Part shown: positions 63,391 through 64,000 of the stretch, piece by piece
Layout of the letters: each line of letters opens with the position of its first letter
How positions within the stretch are numbered: the first letter of the stretch is position 1
DNA from: Convolutriloba macropyga
Taxonomy: Eukaryota
Direction of reading: 5' to 3'
DNA: 64,000 bases
Assembly: GCF_964194025.1 (NCBI RefSeq)
Contig: NC_134474.1
Span: 68,200,001 to 68,264,000, forward strand
Made by a program: the position numbers and the translations under genes
Notes under the pieces: generated by a model
The model's database searches: none
Told to the model about the DNA's origin: nothing
Seen by the model: only the letters and a program-made list of their open reading frames with translations

Positions 63391-64000
63391 TTTTGCCGTA
63401 ATAGTCGGAGACTTATGCGTATTTTCTATGCAATATATGCGTAATGACTATGCAATGACGTGTTTTAGCGAGCCTTATATGGTTAAATGGCTTTATTGGT
63501 GTTCCAGTGCAACTGAATATCTCTTTTTAGGCATAAAAAAATTGATTATCGCAGTTTTTTTAAACAAAAACCTTGAAAAAAAATTTTTTTGAAAATAGAT
63601 TTGAATTTTAGTATAACAAGTCCCCTCAATGATTACTGGAGGTTGTAGCAGAATCAGTTGAGGGTTGAAAGATTTTAAAAAACTAAGAAAAAATGTTTTT
63701 AAAAGTTGGAAAAAAATTGATTTTTTTTTTGTTTTTTTTCGCAATTTTTAATGGAACTCATACTTGGTGAGCAGCTAGCTTCATCATTTTTATGATCAAA
63801 GTTTCACACGGTGAGATTTTATGAAGACCGGTTTTTACAGAAGTGTGAAAAAACCTCGGGAACACGATTTTTCAAAACATCTGGCAGCCACATGTTTTTA
63901 ATTGAAAACAGGTGTTAGCGAAAACCGTGATCCCGGGGTTTTTTGGCCATGATCATCATAACCTTTTATTTCTGTTACAAAGTCGTAAGAAAAACTCATT

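Overview
AT-rich eukaryotic (invertebrate-animal-like) genomic DNA with GT-AG introns, one assembly gap and a heavy transposon load. There are four host genes, all on the minus strand: a 3-exon UQCRB, an intronless NSUN3-like m5C methyltransferase, a probable BEN-domain protein and an intronless KIN17. The mobile fraction includes: (1) about nine copies of a non-autonomous Helentron/Helitron2-like (HINE) family with asymmetric TIRs plus a hairpin, three carrying a collinear but hypervariable tRNA-like cassette; (2) a ~9.4-kb higher-order tandem array built from ends of this family; (3) three CR1/L2-group LINE relics and CRE-clade fragments; (4) a Penelope-like element with a PHD finger inserted in frame inside its RT palm, and decayed hammerhead-like motifs in its 3' repeats; (5) the left end of a Polinton/Maverick whose protein-primed PolB has N-terminal C2H2 fingers, an EndoVII-like module and two apparent spliceosomal introns. 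All calls come from reading the sequence by eye; no searches were run and identities are hand estimates.
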